A DNA stretch of 64,000 bases from Malacoraja senta (GCA_038087875.1 CM075988.1:3038001-3102000); one strand, 5' to 3'; positions 9,505 to 22,134 are shown, counted from the stretch's first letter. Made by a program: numbers and translations. Notes: generated from the letters alone by a model not told the origin.

Positions 9505-12182
9505 CATAGAAACATAGAAATTAGGTGCAGGAGTAGGCCATTCGGCCCTTCGAGCCTGCACCGCCATTCAATATGATCATGGCTGATCATCCAACTCAGT
9601 ATCCCGTACCTGCCTTCTCTCCATACCCTCTGATCACTTTAGCCACAAGGGGCACATCTAACTCCCTCTTAAATATAGCCAATGAACTGGCCTCGACTAC
9701 TCTCTGTGGCAGAGAGTTCCAGATATTCACCACTCTGTGAATATCTCATCTCGGTTTTAAAGGATTTCCCCCTTATCCTTAAGCTGTGACCCCTTGTCCT
9801 GGACTTCCCCAACATCGGGAGCAATCTTCCTGCATCTAGCCTGTCCAACCCCTAAGAATTTTGTAAGTTTCTATAAGATTCCCTCTCAATCTCCTAAATT
9901 CTAGAGAGTATAAACCAAGTCTATCCAGTCTTTCTTCATAAGACAGTCTTGACATCCCAGGAATCAGTCTGGTGAACCTTCTCTGCACTCCCTCTATGGC
10001 AATAATGTCCTTCCTCAGATTTGGAGACCAAAACTGTACGCAATACTCCAGGTGTGGTCTCACCAAGACCCTGTACAACTGCAGTAGAACCTCCCTGCTC
10101 ATATACTCAAATCATTTTGCTATCAAAGCTAACATACCATTCGCTTTCTTCACTGCCTGCTGCACCTGCATGCCTACTTTCAATGACTGGTGTACCATGA
10201 CACCCAGGTCTCGCTGCATCTCCCCTTTTCCTAGTCGGCCACCATTTAGATAATAGTCTGCTTTCCTGTTTTTGCCACCAAAATAGATAACCTCACATTT
10301 ATCCACATTATACTGCATCTGCCAAACATTTGCCCACTCACCCAGCCTATCCAAGTCACCTTGCAGTCTCCTAGCATCCTCCTCACAGCTAACACTGCCC
10401 CCCAGCTTAGTGTCATCCGCAAACCTGGAGATATTGCCTTCAATTCCCTCATCCAGATCATTAATATATATTGTAAATAGCTGGGGTCCCAGCACTGAGC
10501 CTTGCGGTACCCCACTAGTCACTGCCTGCCATTGTGAAAAGGACCCGTTTACTCCTACTCTTTGCTTCCTGTTTGCCAGCCAGTTCTCTATCCACATCAA
10601 TACTGAACCCCCAATGCCATGTGCTTTAAGTTTGTATACTAATCTCTTATGTGGGACCTTGTCGAAAGCCTTCTGGAAGCCCAGATACACCACATCCACT
10701 GGTTTTCCCCTATCCACGCTACTAGTTACATCCTCGAAAAATTCTATAAGATTCGTCAGACATGATTTACCTTTCGTAAATCCATGCTGACTTTGTCCAA
10801 TGATTTCACCACTTTCCAAATGTGCTGCTATCACATCTTTAATAACTGACTCTAGCAGTTTCCCCACTACCGATGTTAGACTAACTGGTCTGTAATTCCC
10901 CGTTTTCTCTCCCCCTCCCTTCTTGAAAAATGGGGTTACGTTTGCTACCCGCCAATCCGCAGGAACTACTCCAGAATCTAAAGAGTTTTGAAAGATTATT
11001 ACTAATGCATCCACTATTTCTGGAGCTACTTCCTTAAGTACTCTGGGATGCAGCCTATCTGGCCCTGGGGATTTATCGGCCTTTAATCCATTCAATTTAC
11101 CCAACACCACTTCCCGACTAACCTGGATTTCACCCAATTCCTCCAACTCCTTTGACCCGCGGTCCCCTGCTATTTCCGGCAGATTATTTATGTCTTCCTT
11201 AGTGAAGACGGAACCAAAGTAGTTATTCAATTGGTCCGCCATATCCTTGTTCCCCATGATCAACTCACCTGTTTCTGACTGCAAGGGACCTACATTTGTT
11301 TTAACTAATCTCTTTCTTTTCACATATCTATAAAAACTTTTGCAGTCAGTTTTTATGTTCCCTGCCAGTTTTCTTTCATAATCTATTTTTCCTTTCCTAA
11401 TTAAGCCCTTTGTCCTCCTCTGCTGGTCTCTGAATTTCTCCCAGTCCTCCGGTATGCTGCTTTTTCTGGCTAATTTGTACGCATCATCCTTCGCTTTGAT
11501 ACCATCCCTGATTTCCCTTGTTATCCACGGATGCACTACCTTCCCTGATTTATTCTTTTGCCAAACTGGGATGAACAATTTTTGTAGTTCATCCATGCAG
11601 TCTTTAAATGTCTTCCATTGCATATCCACCGTCAACCCTTTTAGAATTAATTGCCAGTCAATCTTGGCCAATTCACGTCTCATACCCTCAAAGTTACCTT
11701 TCTTTAAGTTCAGAACCATTGTTTCTGAATTAACAATGTCACTCCCCATCCTAATGAAGAACTCAACCATATTATGGTCACTCTTGCCCAAGGGGGCACG
11801 TACAACAAGATTGCTAACTAACCCATCCTCATTACTCAATACACAGTCTAAATTAGCCTGCTCTCTCGTTGGTTCCTCTACATGTTGATTTAGATAACTA
11901 TCCTGCATACATTCCAAGAAATCCTCTTCCTCAGCACCCCTGCCAATTTGATTCACCCAATCTATATGTAGATGGAAGTCACCCATTATAACTGTTTTGC
12001 CTTTGTCGCACGCATTTCTAGTTTCCTGTTTGATACCATCTCCAACTTCACTACTACTGTTAGGTGGCCTGTACACAACACCCACCAGCGTTTTCTGCCC
12101 CTTAGTGTTTCGCAGCTCTACCCATACCGATTCCACATCCTCGAAACTAATGTCCTTCCTTTCCATTGCGTTAATCTCCATT
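9505..12182 (-). mobile_element. Young 5'-truncated CR1 LINE with TSD GTGTAAA
   Basis: 689-aa open frame (partial EN, RT with FADD) plus C-terminal ORF 9836-10102. 8-bp tail repeat at about 9505-9520. GTGTAAA at 9498-9504 and 12183-12189. Confidence 0.93.
10112..12181 (-). pseudogene. CR1 ORF2 fragment (partial endonuclease plus reverse transcriptase)
   Basis: Motifs VVYRPPN, MGDF, SDHN, NYRPVSLTS, GVPQGSVLGP, FADDTKL. N-terminally truncated, with a stop at 10112. Confidence 0.9.
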
Positions 12183-12312
12183 GTGTAAAAGCGAGAGAGG
12201 GGGCAGATGCGAGTGGGAGACAGGGGGAGAGTGCTGCGCGCAAACAGACTCGTGCCTCATCAGCAGCCAGAATCGAACCCGGGTCCCCGGCACCGCAAGC
12301 GCTGCCAAACCC

Positions 12313-12387
12313 TCATGTGACGCTGCTCGTTACTAGGCAATGGGAACAAGCTGTACCTAAAAACCACATGGGCCTGAAGTCGCCACA
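12313..12387 (-). repeat. Truncated Gypsy 3' LTR (75 bp)
   Basis: Aligns ungapped to 16492-16566 with about 9 mismatches. Preceded on the - strand by the polypurine tract AAGGGGGGAG. Confidence 0.88.
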
Positions 12388-15300
12388 GCTCCCCCCTTAG
12401 TCATCGAGTCACACAAGGTGGCGACTGCCTGGCTTTGTCCTGCCCCATACTGGTCTGGCGGATTGATATTACAGCCTGATCTCATTTGGTACTGCAGTGT
12501 GGGAGGTCTTTGACAGGAAGTGTTCGTGTCCTGTGACTTTGCCCGCTCGGTGAGCGAGGTTGTCGGTTGGTTCTTGACGTATGCTGGCTTTAACCGGTCG
12601 ACGGATATAGTGTCCGTTTTTCCTTTCCGATTGATTACGAAACTCTTGGGTAGGCTTTAGATGATGGTACGGGGTATGCTTGTATACCCTGTTGCTTGTT
12701 TGCTGTATATTTGCTGAAGAGGTTGGCGGACCAAAACGTGTGCAGCTTTGGAGATCAACAGGCACGTAGACCATTGCAGGTGTTTGCCGCGTTGGTGTCG
12801 GCCTGAGTAGCTGCATAGTTCGCTGTAATCGATCGACATGCCTGTTTGGGTCATAGGATCTGTCCGTGGGAATTGGTTGAACAAATTCGCCGGGCAGCTT
12901 CAGAGTTGTGCCGTAAACCATTTTAGTTGACGAACACCCTAGCTCTGCTTTCACCGCCGTACGAATGCCAAGCAGAACCAGAGGCAACCGTTCCAGTTCA
13001 ACGCGTCTCCTCCGGCTGCCAGAGCGGCTTTCAACTGGCGATGGAACCATTTAATCGGGCCGTTCGCTTGTGGATGATACGCCGTCGTTCGAATCTGGTT
13101 CGTACCCGAAAGGTCGGTTAGTGTTTGAAACAGCGCAGACTCGAATTGTGGTCCTCGGTCTGTTGTGGTCGTACTTGGGACCCCAAAGACCGAAATCCAT
13201 CGGTCAACAAAAGCGTGGGCTATTGTCTCTGCTGAAATGTTGATGACTGGGCTGGCATCTTGCCATCTTGTGAACTGGTCTTCACAAGTGAGCAGATGTG
13301 TGTAGTTTCTTGACGGTGGGAGTGGGCCGACCAAGTCCAGGTGCACGCGCTCGAAACGGGTGTTCGGTTCGGGAAACTCGCCGAAAGGGGTCCTAGTGTG
13401 TCGAGATCTTGGATTGTTGACACGGTAGACAAGTCTTTGCCCACAATCCAACGTCCTGCTTGATGTAAGGCCAAATGAAATGTTCAGAGATTAGCTTCAT
13501 CGTAGCTTTCTTGCCCGGATGTGATAAATTATGCAGCGCGCTGAAAACATCTCGACGCATCCTCCTAGGCACAAACGCCTTGGTTTGCCAGTGGAAGTGT
13601 CACAAATTATGGTTTCTCTCGTGTCACCGATCGGTACATCTTCCAATTTTAGAGCTGTATGTGTCCGTTGGTAATGGATCAGATCGTGATTGGTGTGCTA
13701 CTCGAGCCATGGCATAAAAATCAATGAGTGTGGCTGCATTAGAGCATCCGCGTCCAGTCTAGATAGGGTGTCGGCAACCGGATTTGCTTTTCCTTAAATA
13801 TGTCTGATATCACTGGAGAATTGCAAAACGAAATCCAAGTGGCGATTTTCCCGCGGTGAATGGTTCCCCACACTTGTACGAGCAGTGTAGATGAGCGGTT
13901 GGTGATCCGTATAAATAGTGAAGAGACGGTCTTCCAACAGTTGGTGGAAATGCATGACGGCGAGGTACATAGCCAAAAGTTCTCGCCCGAACGTACAGTA
14001 CCTCACCTGAGTGGTTGATAATTTTGCCGAAAAAAATGCCAGCGGCTCCCACCTGCCGTTGACGGTGAGTGAAAATAAGGCATTGGGCCTCTGATGGACC
14101 AGCATAGTTGCGTCGGCGAAAGTCCGCTGAGCGGCGTTGAAGGCTTGCACATCATCCTCGGGCAAACTCAACGGTTTCTTTGAAGACGATTTGTCCGAAC
14201 CTTTGAGTAAGTTAGTCGAGGGTATTAGGGAACCTGCAGCATTCGATAGAATGTGGCGGTAGAAATTCATCATCCCCAAAAATCGCCGTAATTGGTTTAA
14301 CGAATTTGGCACTGGGTAATTTTGGATTTCCTGCACCTTTGATTTGTTGGGCAGGATGCCGTTCTCCGTCACGCGATGCCCAAGGAAAGTGAGTTCGCGA
14401 GCGCCAAACACGCATTTGTTCGTGTTAATGACAATACCATATTCGTCGAGACGCCGGAACAGTATTCCAATGTGTTCCTTGTGTTCGTCTTCGCTGGAGC
14501 TCGCTACCAACACGTCGTCGATGTATGCGTAGATGAAATCGAGGCCGGAGAGTACGTGGTCCATGAAATGCTGGAACGATTGTGCTACGTTCCATAAACC
14601 AAACAGCATCCATAGAAATTCGAAAGTCCCGAAGGGAGTGACCACAGCTGTCTTGGAATATCGGCAGCTCAACCGGAATTTGATTATGGGCGCACAAGAG
14701 ATCGATTATTGTGAACATCCGCTTACCCTGTAGGCTTGCAGAGATACCCTGCAAATGTAGAATGCTGTATCGATCTGGAATAGTGGCACTGTTTAGTGAA
14801 TGGGAGTCGCCGCAGGGTTGCCAATCTCCGGGAGACTTCTTCGGGACCATGTGAAGAGGTGATGCCCAGCAGCTCCTAGACCTACGGATGATCCCGAGCT
14901 CTAACATATGGTCAAATTCTGCCTTTGACACCTTGAGGCAATCCATGGGTAACCTGCGTGCTTTGCCGAAACTGGAGGGCCACGGGTCTGAATTTGATGC
15001 GTGACAGAGTGTTTGATATCATTGTGCCGGTAAGACGGAGTTATTAGTCACGGAAATTGTTTCAGTAATTCCTGATATGGGCCGGTGCTGGGCTGGAGGC
15101 TGGTAAGGTGAGAGATAGTCATTGCCAGACTGCAGATGCAGTTCACCTGTGCGTGAGTGCAGCAATCACTCAAGCGGCGATTTCTTAAATCCACCAGCAA
15201 AGAAAAGTGTGAAAGAAAATCCGCTCCGATAATAGGTTTTGATATGTCGGCGACCGTGAAAATCTAGTGAAGCGTTTTCTGCAGACCAAAGTCGAGCGTG

Positions 15301-16315
15301 ACTGATTTCTGACCAAATGTCCGTATGCTAGAATTGTTCGCGGCAGTGAGAAAGCATCCGTGGTTAGGGTGTAAACGCTCTTGGGAACTGGGAGGAACGA
15401 CCGATAACTCGGCGCCGGAGTCAGTAAGATATTGCATACCCGAAAGGCGGTTGATGAGAAAAAGACGGTGGCTAGTTTGGCCACGGGCAGCAGTCGCCTC
15501 TACTGCCAGGCCTCGTTGTTTTCCCGGGTGTTGATGTTTGTAGAAAGAGCAAGGAGGTTGACACGACCAGGCCGCTGCACCAAATTTGTGGTGTTTCCAG
15601 CAAACGCGTTGAGCATCGCTTCGGCCCCGTCCCCGACCCCTACGGTTTGCGTTAAACCTGAAACGAGGATGGCGCTGTTGCACTGACAAAGCCTGGACTT
15701 GCGCAGTGAGCGCTGCAATTTGCTGTTCGAACTGCATTTTCCGGCTTTACTGTCGCTGCATTTACCACCGTCACCTACAGCGCATTGGTTGACTCCATGA
15801 TAATGTCGGCCTGTTTTGCGAGCTTGATTATGGTAGCCGATTGAAACGTACCTATCAGGTGCCCCTGCACCTGAGTAAGCATGCACTGGAGAAACTTCTG
15901 CTTCCAGACATCACCGTCAATGTCTTCATCTCCCATCAGCCTGCGCCATCTCCGCAGCATTTGTGATGGCCTCATATCGCTGAGATTATAATCTCCCAGC
16001 AGCTCCGAAATGTGGGCTTGTTTCGAGGGCTGCGTTCGCTCCAAGACAGCGGATTTAAGTTTGTCCTTAGGGTTAAGGAGCACGTCCTCGACTTCACATG
16101 CGATCTACTCTGGAAGACGAGCTGCTAGGCACCCACATTTTTTTTTGTTGGCTCTTGACATTGAGGGAGTGAAATCGAGCTTCTAGTATCGAAATCCACA
16201 CTCTTGCGTTGGTTGTAAAAAGCATTGGGACGTCGAGTTTTACTTTGTCGACGGACACCGCGTCACTTCTATCGTCGCATATCGTTGTAAGTAAATTGAA
16301 GGTTGCGTGTAGCCA

Positions 16316-16326
16316 CGAGGTCACCA
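16316..16326 (-). promoter_or_regulatory. Primer-binding site (tRNA-Trp type)
   Basis: TGGTGACCTCG is complementary, with one G:U pair, to the tRNA-Trp 3' end ...CGGGGUCACCA as recalled. Confidence 0.8.
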
Positions 16327-16328
16327 GA

Positions 16329-16566
16329 TGTAGAATCCACTAAATCTCACTACCGAAAGTAAAGGACAAGCGACACCAAGCTTTGCCAAACACCCTGTGC
16401 CTTGTTTAATAAAAATCTCCTCAAACTCCTCTTGTACAGATATGCCCGTTATACCCTCTGACCTCGGTGTTTGAATCTCTGCTTTCGACCGTCATGTGAC
16501 GCAGCTCATTGCTGGGCAACGGGGACAAGCTGCACCTAAAAACCACGTGGGCATGAAGTCGCCACA
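16329..16566 (-). repeat. Gypsy 5' LTR (238 bp, TG...CA)
   Basis: Starts TGTGGCG and ends CTACA on the - strand, followed 2 nt later by the PBS TGGTGACC. Confidence 0.85.
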
Positions 16567-16569
16567 GTC

Positions 16570-16727
16570 GTCTGGGGAGAGGGGGAGAAGGTGTCTGGGT
16601 ATAGGGGGTATCTGGGGAGAGGGTGGGTTGACTGGGAAGAGGGGGGGAAGATGTCATCTGGGGAGAGGGGGAGAAGATGTCTGGGGAGAGGGGTGTGTCT
16701 GGGGAGGGGGGATATGTCTGGGGAGAA
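16570..16727 (+). repeat. Second G-rich repeat block
   Basis: Degenerate TCTGGGGAGAGGGG units resembling 7727-9165. Confidence 0.8.
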
Positions 16728-17152
16728 CTAGTGCCGCACCTTCTCCCCACCCTCTCAATGTCTACCCGTCTCACTCCACTATATCTCCAGTGTCTCTGTC
16801 CCCTCACTGCCCCAGGTCAGGTCAGGTCATTCCAACCACTGGCACTTCAGCTGCAACGGTACAGTCATGCTCCTCGAGTGACAGCAAGCAAACTGCTGGA
16901 GTGACACAGCAGGTGTGGAGGGATCGGAGAGACTCGGCTGCAGCCTCCTCAGAGCTGGGACATCCAGCTTTTTGTGCAGAGCCCAAGATCCCAGCAGGTG
17001 TAGTTCCTCATATCTCCCACTGCAGAAAACCGGTTGTAAAACCGATCAATCAATGGGGAAAAGGGGGTGAAGGGCGAGAGCTTCAAAGATGCAGTAACAA
17101 AAATTATTCCTCACACGATTTTCAAACAAAGGTATTTTTGATAGCTACAAGT

Positions 17153-17390
17153 TTAGTTTAGAGATACAGCGTGGAAATATGCCCTTCGGCCCATCAAGTC
17201 CACATCGACCAGTGATCCCCGCACCTTAACACTATCCTACACACACTAGGGACAATATAACATTTGTACCAAGACAATTAACCTACAAAGTTTGGAGTGT
17301 GGGAGGAAACCGAAGATCTCAGAGAAAACTCACATAGGTCACGGGGTGAACTGGCGCTATAAGGCAGCAATTCTACCGTTGCGCTGCCCA
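17153..17390 (-). mobile_element. V-SINE (internally deleted)
   Basis: Same family as 5898-6197. Confidence 0.75.
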
Positions 17391-18264
17391 AGCTTAGTTT
17401 TGTGACTGCAAACTAAAAATATGCAAGGCTATATGTTACGATGTTTACATTACCAACCGCCTCTAAACCCCGGTACAGTCGCCAGCGGTGAGCATAGCGA
17501 CTGTGGACCTGGGGCTGGTGAAAACACAGTCAGCGCCTGTCGGGCAAAAGACAAAGTTTAAATCCCAACGGAGGGAGTCCCAGGCAATGAAGAAGCTCCA
17601 GGGCTAGATACTGCTTTAGAGCGTATTGCCCAAATAGAAAGCCTTTTACACAGGCTGTTGGAGCAAAGTTCACTCAGGGAGGAGTGTTCTGAAAGCCAAG
17701 CTGCTGGAAACAGCTCAAACAGCTCCTGGTACAGCGCTAGATACTGCTTTCGAGCGTATTGCCCAAATAGAAGCCTTTTTTATAGGTTGTTGGAGCAAAA
17801 GTTCACTCAGGAAGGAGTGTACTGTAATCCAAGCTGCAGGAGCAGCTTAACAGCACCTGGCTCAGGGCTGATGGAATGCACCCTCAGGAATGAGGAGCGT
17901 GCTACGGGTCATGAGATTTCAGACCCCGACTCTGACGGTGAGGCTGTACAAGGCGATGAAAGGCAGCTGCCAGATGTTCCACCCCTGGTAGTAGGATTCG
18001 CTGCCCCGTCAGGGTCAGGAGAGCCATTAGGAAGAACTGGCCTCCTTAATAAATTACTTGGTTTACCATTAGCTGGAACAGCATGAAATGGATGAGACTG
18101 CAAGAGTATCTGGAATCAGTTGCAGAGAATATTAAAGCTGCTGGGTTCTGGAATAACTGCTTTTACCAGAATAGCAGGTAACAACCAAAAAATGACGAAG
18201 TTGCATCAGCAAGCACTGGGGTTGCTATGCAGCACCCACTTCGAGAAGTGCTATACGGTCTACT

Positions 18265-20068
18265 ATGAATCCGAAATTCGCAACACTCTGCAAACCAAGT
18301 AATATACAAATTACCCAACTTACTCTTTGGAGAGATCTCGGGAGACGTATTAAAGAGTTGGAAGATGAAGCGAAAACAGGATTGATGAAGACATCAATGG
18401 TTGTGAAGTCTGTAAAGAGGAAGTATCCTTTCAGACGTTATATGGATCCTGGACCAAGTCGCTCATCAACGCAGGGACGTAGTTGGCGACCTGCAGCGGG
18501 AGCAAGAACCAGTGGGTGTGCTTCCGGGAGAACCCAGGAATCTCAGGGTACTCAAATGACTCAAGAGGTAGGTGGACCTGGTTCTCATGGGAACATACTA
18601 ACTGGATTAAGTCCAAAAGTTGGAGGCAGGTTACATTTCTTCTATAATAATTGGAAGAAAATTACTTCAGATGTGGTAATCCTGAATAATATACAAGGAT
18701 TTCGAATTGAATTCAATCCAAATTATGATTTGCCTGTTCAGCATGTTCCTAGCCGAACTCTGCACTTTGTACAAAAAGAAGTGATGGAGGTTCAGGTTGC
18801 AATTGAAACCCTATATAAAAAAGGGGTTATTGAAAAATCAGTCTACCAAAGTCACCAATTTGTGTCAAATATATTCCCTCGATCAAAAAAGGATGGAGGA
18901 TGTAGGATTCTTGTAGATTTGATAAATCTGAATCCTTTTGTGCAATTTAGACATTTTAAAATGGAAACATTTGTGACTGCCAAACAGCTTATTTCAGAAG
19001 CATGTAATATGGCAACTATAGACTTGAAAGATGCATATTATTCAGTGTCTGTTCATTCAGAAGATAGGAAGTATCTTAAATTTAAATGGATGAACCAGTT
19101 GTGGCAGTTCAAAGCTCTGCCTAATGGGTTAATATCTGCACCCAGAATATTCACAAAATTGTTAAAACCAATTCTGGGCTTACTGAGTAGCCAGGGGCAT
19201 GTACTAATGGCATATTTGGATGATGTCTTGATTATAGGAAAGACAAAACAGTCAACAGAAGTATCTGTTGCAGTTGTGAAATCAACTTTTGAAAATTTGG
19301 GGTTTCTAATTCATCCACAGAAATCTAGGTTAACACCATGTACCTCTATTAATTATTTGGGGTTCACAATTGATTCAGTCCAAATGAATATTACTTTGCC
19401 CAGGGAAAAAGGTGGATTTGATTAAAGATTGCAGTAATCTCCTAAACGAGCAAAAACCTTCAATTAGACAGGTGGCTCGTGTACTGGGAAAATTAGTAGC
19501 AGCATTCCCAGCAGTCCAATTCGGACCATTACATTATCAACAGCTGCAGAGACTTAAAGAACAGGCACCGAGAATGCATGTTGGTCATTTTGATAGAACA
19601 AATGCTGTTTCTGATCTGCAGTGGTGGATTCTACATGTCTCAAGCAGTTCCAGCAAAGTGCTGATTGAACAACCTTCCATGATATTACAAACTGATGCCA
19701 GTGCACCAGGATGGGGTGCAACTGACTTAACATCTAGCTGACGAGGCAGATGGAATCAGGAAGAGTCATTGTTACTGCAGACATGGGGAATTAACTATTT
19801 GGAGCTTCTAGGATGTTTCTATGTTTCTTATTGTTCTAACACAACTAATAAGCATGTTCAAGTTCAAATTGATAACACAACAGTAGTTGTTTATATTAAT
19901 GATATGGGTGGAATTAAGTCGGTGTCTTGTGACATAATGGTTAATCAACTTTGGGCTTGGTGTATTGAAAAGAACATTTGGATTTCAGCTATCTATCTAC
20001 CAGGTAGAATGAACGATAGCAGACACCAGGTCACGAAAAGTTCCATGATAATAAAGAATGGATGTTGA
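18265..20068 (+). pseudogene. DIRS RT / RNase H (frameshifted)
   Basis: ORFs 18265-19425, 19412-19741 and 19769-20068 carry consecutive RT and RNase H motifs. Confidence 0.88.
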
Positions 20069-20442
20069 ATGAAGAGGTATTCAATGATATAGTCATCAGA
20101 TTTGGAATGACCGACATCGACTTGAATCATCAGCTATCGAGATATGTCTCATGGAAACCAGATCCAGGAGCAGTGGCGATTGATGCTTTCTCGCTACATT
20201 GGGGTGGTATGTTTTCATATATATTTCCACCTTTCTGCCTCATAAGCCAATGTTTGCTTAAAATCAGGCAAGATGCTGCTTCAAGGGTATTGGTAGTACC
20301 AGATTGGCCTACACAGCCATGGTATCCGTTGATATTAGAATTAACAACACAAATGTTGATGAAAGTCCCAAAAAAGAGTAATTTATTGCTGCACCCTGTA
20401 CAGGGGAACAACATCCATTATATGATCGTTTGGATTTGTTGA
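20062..20442 (+). pseudogene. DIRS DNA N6-adenine methyltransferase-like domain remnant
   Basis: DIDL..., DAF..W, FPPF and PDWPTQPW motifs typical of DIRS1 pol C-termini. Confidence 0.75.
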
Positions 20443-20443
20443 T

Positions 20444-21434
20444 TTGCAGGTTTTAAGAATGCCTTTTCTGGGACGAGGACTGTCTGAGCATACTGTGGAC
20501 ATGCTTACGGCAGTCTGGAGGAAGAGCACTCAAAAACAGTACCTTTCTTATATTAAGAAATGGGAAGAGTTCTGGGTACAAAAGAATGCAATAAAGTACT
20601 GCAGATATTTCAAATGTTTAGAATTTCTGTCAAAACTTTATTATGATGAAGGTCTGAGTTGTAGTGCAATTAATTCAGCCAGAAGTGCATTGTCCTCATA
20701 CTTGGTTCTGGATTCAGAAAGAAACTCAATTGGGTCACACCAAATTGTTTCCAGACTAATGAAAGGAATCTTTAATTCCAAACCACCGAAACCTAGGTAC
20801 GTGACAATCTGGGATGTAAGTGTGGTACTGAAACTACTTCGTGATGGTCATCAAGTGTGTCTTTACCTTTGGTCAAGCTCAGTATGAAAGTATTCATGTT
20901 TATGGCATGAGTGACAGCACAACGAGTGCAAACACTTGGAGAATTACAAATAGACAGTATGGAAGTAACTGAAGACAAGGTTACATTCTATATCTATGAC
21001 CCACTAAAGCAAATTAGGCCAGGTGTGACAGGATTTAAAATTATGCTGGCAGCATATCCAAATGATCCATGTCTCTGTATGAAGACATATTTATTACAAT
21101 ACATTGAGGTCACAAAGAATTTGAGAATACGGAAACTGGGTTTTTGATCACACACAAGAAACCACACAAGAGAGTTTCAATACAGACTATTTCCAGATGG
21201 ATAAAAGAAGTCTTAACAGCTGCTGGTATTAACACTTATGTTTTTACGTCTCACTCGACTAGGGCAGCAGAAATGTCGGCGGCCAGGGCAAAAGACGGCC
21301 CCGTCGACCATATCCTCGCAGCCGCCGGGTGGTCCACTGAGTTGCTGTTTCAACATTTTTACCATCGGCCTATTGTTAATGCGGGGTTGTTTGCAGAAAC
21401 TATTTTAAGTTCTGTGCAAATTCCTCTGGTTTAA
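20444..21434 (+). pseudogene. DIRS tyrosine recombinase (frameshifted)
   Basis: SARSALS, PPKPRY..WDV..VL, AQRVQTL, TISRWIK, HSTRAA, AAGWS..F..FY. Confidence 0.88.
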
Positions 21435-21614
21435 AGGGGATCTGATTCATTTCATTATTGAAATGAATTACTGCATTTGTGGTACAAATGTTATTATGAA
21501 TGCATGATTGATTATTCTCGTCAATCTATGCAGTGAGAAGCCGGGATTGATCCACGGCATGAAATCACAAAGCTTTAAAATCTTCACGTAGTCACTCACG
21601 TGACTCCGAAGTAA

Positions 21615-21926
21615 AATAGTAAGATTAAACGAGAACTTACCTAAGTTTGAAGTTTGATCTTTATTTTATGAGGAGTTACGTAGGTGATTAAGTGCTCACC
21701 ACGACCCTACCCTCTATCATAAAGGTCAGATGGAAGTTCTTGTCTTACTCGTTTTAGTATGAGACTATATTACTTCGGTTGTTGTTTTTTGTGATTTCAC
21801 ACCGCTGCTTTGAAGATTGACGCGCAGGCGCACTGGCGGGGTTCTTCATGTAATCACCTACGTAACTCCTCATAAAATAAAGATCAAACTTCAAACTTAG
21901 GTAAGTTCTCGTTTAATCTTACTATT
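21615..21926. repeat. Perfect 76-bp inverted repeat (21615-21690 / 21851-21926)
   Basis: The arms are exact reverse complements with a 160-bp spacer. Confidence 0.95.
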
Positions 21927-22134
21927 CCCCATGCCTTATTTCCCTTCAAAAGGTTATGGCGATCTCCCTTCTTGAACAATTGAGGTGGGCAGTTCCAGAA
22001 GTTAAACACGTGTAAACACCAGCAACTCTGTCTGATGTGCAAGATCAGCATCCTGTAGATGGTGCTGTCTCTCTAAATCTGCTGACTTAATCTTTAGTCA
22101 TTGAAATCACAGATTTAACAGGTGCTGAAGAGTA

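Larger units (their letters stand above)
12313..16566 (-). mobile_element. Decayed Gypsy/Ty3 LTR retrotransposon
   Basis: Order on the - strand: gag with CWKHHKFG..C..PC knuckle, protease LTDSGAELS, RT (WASPLHMVPKK, YIDD), RNase H (ELLA, TDHQPL), integrase (HLDLVGP, TDRGPQF, YHPQANG). LTRs, PBS and PPT present. Many frameshifts. Confidence 0.93.
17450..21926 (+). mobile_element. Decayed DIRS1-like tyrosine-recombinase retrotransposon, 5' end missing
   Basis: RT (HFKMET, IDLKDAY, YLDD), RNase H (TDAS, INYLEL, IDNTT), methyltransferase-like domain (DAFSLHW..YIFPPF..VVPDWPTQPWYP), tyrosine recombinase (HSTRAA..AAGWS). Internal complementary region and terminal inverted repeat at 21615-21926. 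Confidence 0.9.

Noticed and set aside
9301..12252. Possible small TIR element (CGAGT...ACTCG) hosting the CR1
   Set aside because: The inverted match is only 5 bp and no TSD was found.
20444..21434. Phage integrase or bacterial contamination
   Set aside because: The tyrosine recombinase lies downstream of RT/RNase H in DIRS order and is followed by the DIRS terminal structure.
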